Positions 52,472 to 64,000 of a DNA stretch of 64,000 bases are shown here, in pieces (the stretch's first letter is position 1; every line of letters starts with the position of its first letter). The notes beneath the pieces were generated by a model. It made no database searches and was not told where the DNA came from. It saw nothing but the letters and a program-made list of their open reading frames with translations. The position numbers and the translations under genes were made by a program. Source of the DNA: Styela clava (Eukaryota); NCBI RefSeq assembly GCF_964204865.1, contig NC_135257.1, forward strand, positions 5,828,001 to 5,892,000, read 5' to 3'.

Positions 52472-53329
52472 ATGTTGCGTCAATATTTCCCGGATCCACG
52501 AAAATTTGTTAAACTTTCCATGGCTGTGGGACGTGTAGCAAGAAAAGAAGTTGAAGGCAGAGCAGAGGTTTCCGTCAATTTGCAAAGATTTAACGAATAT
52601 TTTTGCATTGTAAGTAAAGCATAGATCAGGTATCTGAAGTATATCGAATAATTACATAATGCACTATTTGTATTCTTTGTTGGTAACCCCCCTTTTGATA
52701 TTTATACTCGCCAATACCACTGAATTTAAATATTTCGTTTGCAAAGTATTTGAGGCTGATAACAAACAGATTTACTGTTCTGGGCATGTCTGCATGTGGG
52801 TACATGACAAACCACTTTTCAAGTTACACTATTAATAAATATTTTTATATTTACCCTGTATTCTTATAGACTCCTCAATACTGGAATAGGCTTTGATCCT
52901 TGGAAGCATCGGACAATCTTCTATACAACACTTCAAGTTCTTCCACCAATTAAACAACAACTTACAAATTTATATTTGTTTCAGTATTTCCCAGAAAGCA
53001 GCACATTACAAGTTCATGATCCCGGGGACAAATGTAGTGTGGGTGACTATGTGTTGATCAAAAAACTACCTGAAAAACGTCTACATGTTGAAACTCACCA
53101 AATTCAAGAGATAGTTCATAAAGTTGGAAACATTATTGATCCCATGACAGGATATCGAGTTGAAGGAAATCAATATCTTTTGGACTCATCATTGAGTGAG
53201 GATGAACAAATATCGCTTGAAAAAGATGTTGCAGATAAAGAACTTTCACTTAAATATACGTTTGAAATGGACACAGAGATGTGGAGATGGGAATCTCGTA
53301 ATCTTGCTAGAAAACCGAAAAAATCTTGA
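52472..53329 (+). CDS. MRPS17: Mitochondrial small ribosomal subunit protein uS17m, ~160 aa
   Basis: Exons 52472-52609 and 52985-53329 (phase 0). S17 signature HDPGDKCSVGDYVLIKKLP...EIVHKVGNIIDPMTG; N-terminal AVGRV. The start could alternatively be the ATG at 52520. Confidence 0.88.
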
Positions 53330-56300
53330 GTTTAATTTTTAAAACCCCTGCGCGTATGTTTCTTGTTCATGCACCAACTAGGAAAGGTTCAGTTTCCGAA
53401 GTTGTCTTACAACACGAGTTCGTTATTTCTTATTGAAAGGACCAGTGGTTGGATTCAATTTTTTTGTCACCCGGTTCTGTTACAAAAAGTCATTGGCATT
53501 GCTAACCGGTTCGCTGATCTCATAAAATTCCGTGAGACTGAATCACACCAATGGAATGGACCCAGCTTGACCTGATCCTGTTGGTTGACAGTGAATTAAA
53601 CTATCATTTCTCTGATGTGTACTCCTGTACCAACATTTTTTAATATATTGATACGATTTGAAAATGCAATGAGTCAATTTTGGATAGGGGTGTGTTGGTG
53701 TTGATTAGAGATGCGCTGCGTGTTAGATGTACTTTGGCTGTCTATTTGCACCGGGGTCTGAATGGAAAGCAGTTTTGCATCAGCTTATATATCTCCGAGA
53801 TACTACGACTACATAGACGAAACTTCAATACTGCTCACGTATGCAGTAGGATCTACACTACACATAGTAAATGAAAAGAAAAAAAACTTTGTTTTCGTAA
53901 TATACTGGTTAAATACATTGACCGTGGATCAGCAGACATGTGAAAGATGGCAACTTTATCTATATAGCATAGGACTTACATATTTTTCCCGGGGGAAGGG
54001 AAAGTCGTTAAGACGGCTTAATCATATGGCAGACCACGTCCTCTGTCCGGTTACCAGTTCATGTTGTTTAGGAGATTAGTTAGCCAGTTGTCTCTTTCAT
54101 TGCTGCTACAATCAAAATTAACTATAGTAACACAAATATTGTCAAGAGATATTTGGCCGCAAGCCTGCTAACTGAATTCACATATCTTCAATTTATGCAT
54201 TGTATATTTGAAGTTATAATAAAAGTAATGTATTCCAAGAGCCAGGGTATGCAGTGAATATTAAATGTGGCCCTTTGTGCACTTCTATTTTTGAGAGTTT
54301 TATTCAAATTAAGGTAACCCACTTCGAAGTAAAGGATACTATCTCTATGCGAATATACAGGAATACAGAATCTCAGACATTAGCCAGTTATGCTACACAT
54401 TAGTATATTTACAGACTTTACCTGCTGAATGAGGACTGTTGGGCCAACTTTCGTCGCAAATATAAGCTTAACCTCCCAGATACAAGACAGAAAGACTACA
54501 CAAGAATTTTTGGAGTACATTTTACTGGATACACATGTTGAATCAATAAAATCAATACATTTTTTAACTGTTCTAAAATAAAACACAAGTCCGGATATAT
54601 AGTGATTACATTTCTACATTTTTCAACACCAACTTATATGTACAACTAAAATCAGAACATTCAGTCACTCTTTTTTCACACAAGTTCATCTATTTCGGGC
54701 ATGGATTTCAATGGTGAAAAGTGGAATACTACGAACAAACCAGTAGAATAAGGGTAACTGGTGAACATATTTTTTCATCATTGCTTGAGAGTTACAGAAT
54801 GAATAGGACTTTTCAATATTTTTTGTCCAAAATTGGTAAGAGTACTTTTAATGTAATGGTCATCTTCTCAAAACAATTTACTTTATTCTTGAAAATACAA
54901 CTCTAATTTCCTTCAGTTCAATCTTTTTCCATCAAAATATATAAAAAAGATCATGCCGAATCAAACATAAGCATGGATAAATGTAATTCAATTTACAGAA
55001 AACAATTAAGCATTGGCTCATATTTTACAAATAAGACTACATCATACGTTCAGGGATGAATTTTTACTCAATTTTATCAATTTTTGATTCAGCAGGCTGA
55101 GATACTTTGCAAAAAAATTATCATGCTACGCAGCTAACACACTGCCACACTGGAAATGTACAATTTTGAATTTGATTTTTTTTTTCAGAGTTTACGAACC
55201 ACCAGCAGGTTAGCAGACTTGAATTTGGCGGAAAGTACACAACTTCCATCGGTACTGTTCCACCGACAAGCTGCCAGAAACAAGAAACGGGCACACGGGT
55301 CACAGTGCCCATATATTCAAGACAAGTCCACTCTTGAGACAGATAACACCCATTTTGCCTTGATAAAGACTATTTATAGTTGAAATGAAAATACATAAGT
55401 CCCAGTGTAAATTTCCAACCGACTTGACTCATATGTGCGAATGCTGTCTTGATGTTTTACTTCTTTGTAGCAAAATCTACCATATGACTATAATGTCAAT
55501 GTTGTAATCTAGCTGTTATGACCATAGAAGCCCCTTAGCTTGTGATTTCCGCTATATGTGAGAGACTGAATGTAGTTGGGCTATGACCGATATTGATTGA
55601 CTTCTGATTAGACGTGTGCGTCAGTTATTTGTGGGTTTGTGGATAGATGTTTTCACCACATCGTTTCCGTTGTTTCTCTCCGCTGGCAGTTGTAAAGCTC
55701 GTTTAAACACTCCACTTCTATTCGACTCTTCCAACGATCGTCTTCTTCTGAAATTTTACAGAAAAAGTTAGTAGGAAAAGTGTTTAATCTCATGAAGATT
55801 CATATACCATACCCATAGTAGTTTACACACATGTTCCCAGATTGCTGTGGTATTTTAGAGTAGTATGTCTCCGACAGCTGCGAGTTAGGTTTAATGACAA
55901 GTCATTTTAAATGCTTGTATCTGTCATGGATTGAATATTTTAGAAATATCATTATCTGCTAAAAAAGACAACTCTTTTAACAAGTGTCGTAATCGTGGAA
56001 ACTGTTTCAGAAGTCATCTTGGGGCATGGGACTCTTTGAAATACCTCCCTCTGAAAATTCTATCTGCGTCCCTGTTATATTGTTAAAAAAACTACAGAAG
56101 GCAAATTACTGAATGATAAATCACTTATTTACCAAAAAGTATTAAAAAATCTCACGTCTTAAATCTCACTAAAAAATGAAAAATATATTTAACAGTACAT
56201 TTTTTTTAGAATGTAGCTACTATGGCTAAATAAACTATTGCTTCGCAAATGTGTGAAGATTATCAAATAACATTCCAGCCTGAAAATAAATACATTCTAC

Positions 56301-56625
56301 AACTAGCTGTTATTGGAGTCATAATTTTCAACTTGAGCTTGAATAAGAGTTGATGTTTAATTTTACATATGGTTATGAATAGAGTCAGAGTCCAACTTAC
56401 ATACGTTATATTATGTTGCCAAAATTTGGGATCCCAAAATTTCAAACCTTGGGGGCTTTAACTCTGAGTTGAAGTTCTTTGCGACTGGAAATCAAAAATT
56501 TTAACCAAACAAAAATCAGAATTTTGAATAGCTCGAAGTAAAAAGGAATTTCCATTAGATTTGAGAGCCCTGCCTTCAACAACCTTAATCTATTGATCAA
56601 TTTCTACACCAACCTTCACAGATTA

Positions 56626-64000
<7,375 letters not shown>

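Overview
This is a compact, AT-rich, intron-rich animal genomic segment. Gene density, short introns and unpaired 5' acceptors suggest a tunicate/ascidian, but that is inference. Hand-spliced, phase-consistent gene models were built for: NFYA (+, 352-5992, 8 coding exons, ~436 aa); a TBC1D2/2B-type PH+TBC Rab-GAP (+, 7089-24802, 21 exons, ~1000 aa); two tandem 11beta-HSD1-like SDR genes (-; intact copy 26835-29849, ~288 aa; frameshifted copy 33798-38715); ASCC2 (+, 44568-51644, ~779 aa); MRPS17 (+, 52472-53329, ~160 aa); and the 3' part of UPF1 (-, 56626->64000). Introns and intergenic DNA hold many non-autonomous elements: hAT-type MITEs (8-bp TSDs), Mutator-type MITEs (9-bp TSDs), a Helentron/DINE-like family and a tRNA-derived SINE. 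Highlights: an apparently young, polyadenylated, ORF1-only L1/Tx1-like retroelement with a single TGA in its first zinc knuckle; a probable NFYA-TBC1D2B operon-type junction; two consecutive GC-AG introns shared by both SDR paralogs; a paralog pair that gives empty-versus-filled transposon sites and a templated-insertion frameshift; and a probable intron just after the UPF1 stop codon. All coordinates were read by eye and may be off by a few bases at repeat edges.
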